A DNA stretch of 62,055 bases, filler included, from Chiloscyllium plagiosum (Eukaryota): assembly GCF_004010195.1 (NCBI RefSeq). It is 4 parts of one record of this genome, joined end to end, with 100 filler letters (N's around TTAATTAATTAA, not from the genome) between each part and the next. Parts side by side here need not be neighbours in the genome. Positions count along the whole stretch, not along the records: positions 57,613 to 62,055 come from NC_057717.1; 3 more parts are not named here. One strand, 5' to 3'. Positions 61,366 to 62,055 of this stretch are shown here, in pieces. The notes below the pieces were generated by a model. It searched no databases. It was given only the letters and a program-made list of their open reading frames with translations, and was not told where the DNA came from. A program made the translations under genes and the position numbers. Within the stretch, counting starts at the first letter, position 1. Each line of letters opens with the position of its first letter.

Positions 61366-62055
61366 CTGCTTTCTGCGACTTTCTAATTGAAAACAGCACT
61401 TATTTCTAGCACTGGACATGCTCCATTTGCTTCTCTTAGGCATCGGGGCTGGCTGTGAATGAGCTTCCTTAGAGTTTAATACGGCGTCAAAAGACCGAGC
61501 AATTCACAATGAGCTGTCTATCAATACCTTTAAAATCACACGGTACAGAGTGGGATCCAAATTAATTCATTACACACAAATGTTTTGGACTGAGGGTGTG
61601 GAAGAACCACTCAATGCTCTATAAAAAAAAACAGGAGGCACAGACAGTCCTTCACGAAATTAAATTTGAATCTTGCAAAACTAATGCTGTTAGAGCCAGT
61701 AAAATGACTTCCCTATCTCCCCACAAGCTATTCGTTCTACTGCAGTTGTTCTTCCAACGCCTATTGAAATAACATTAGCATAAGCAATCGTGCTGGCTTG
61801 CTTGGTCCTTCTAAACTAATCATCGTCTGCGACACTGGCTCCCGACATTACACTTAACCTATCACATGACCCCACCACCATCTTCAGATTATATCATCTA
61901 CCAGTAATTTAACTAGCCTATCACAATGCACTACTACTATCTGTTGCTGGAGCCGTGCAACATTCTCCCTGGCATGCTTTGCAACAGTAAGTTAACTGCA
62001 TCACTGCCAGAATAACTTCCATATATACCACGTTTGAGATCAACAGGTCTCACAC

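Overview
Repeat-dominated vertebrate genomic DNA, most likely from a shark (inferred from HE1-type V-SINEs, abundant CR1 LINEs and fold-back Penelope-type repeats). I found no intact host gene. Contents: (1) many nested CR1 fragments, two L1/Tx1-type fragments, a Rex1/Babar-like fragment and a Harbinger transposase relic. (2) A decayed ~6 kb Gypsy LTR element with a tRNA-Pro PBS and the Gmr1-type PR-IN-RT-RH order, plus a 2.3 kb internally deleted relative. (3) A ~13.5 kb satellite of ~62-bp monomers with higher-order repeats and an internal inversion. (4) About ten short Penelope-like (PLE) insertions, several as fold-back palindromes with 12-16 bp target-site duplications, carrying minimal hammerhead ribozyme cores (CUGANGA...GAAAC-GUC). 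(5) A decayed GPR139/142-like 7TM receptor exon and a possible decayed Ig-superfamily receptor near the right end. Most of the long ORFs at 26-40 kb are satellite artefacts. All calls were made by eye and coordinates of old repeats are approximate.
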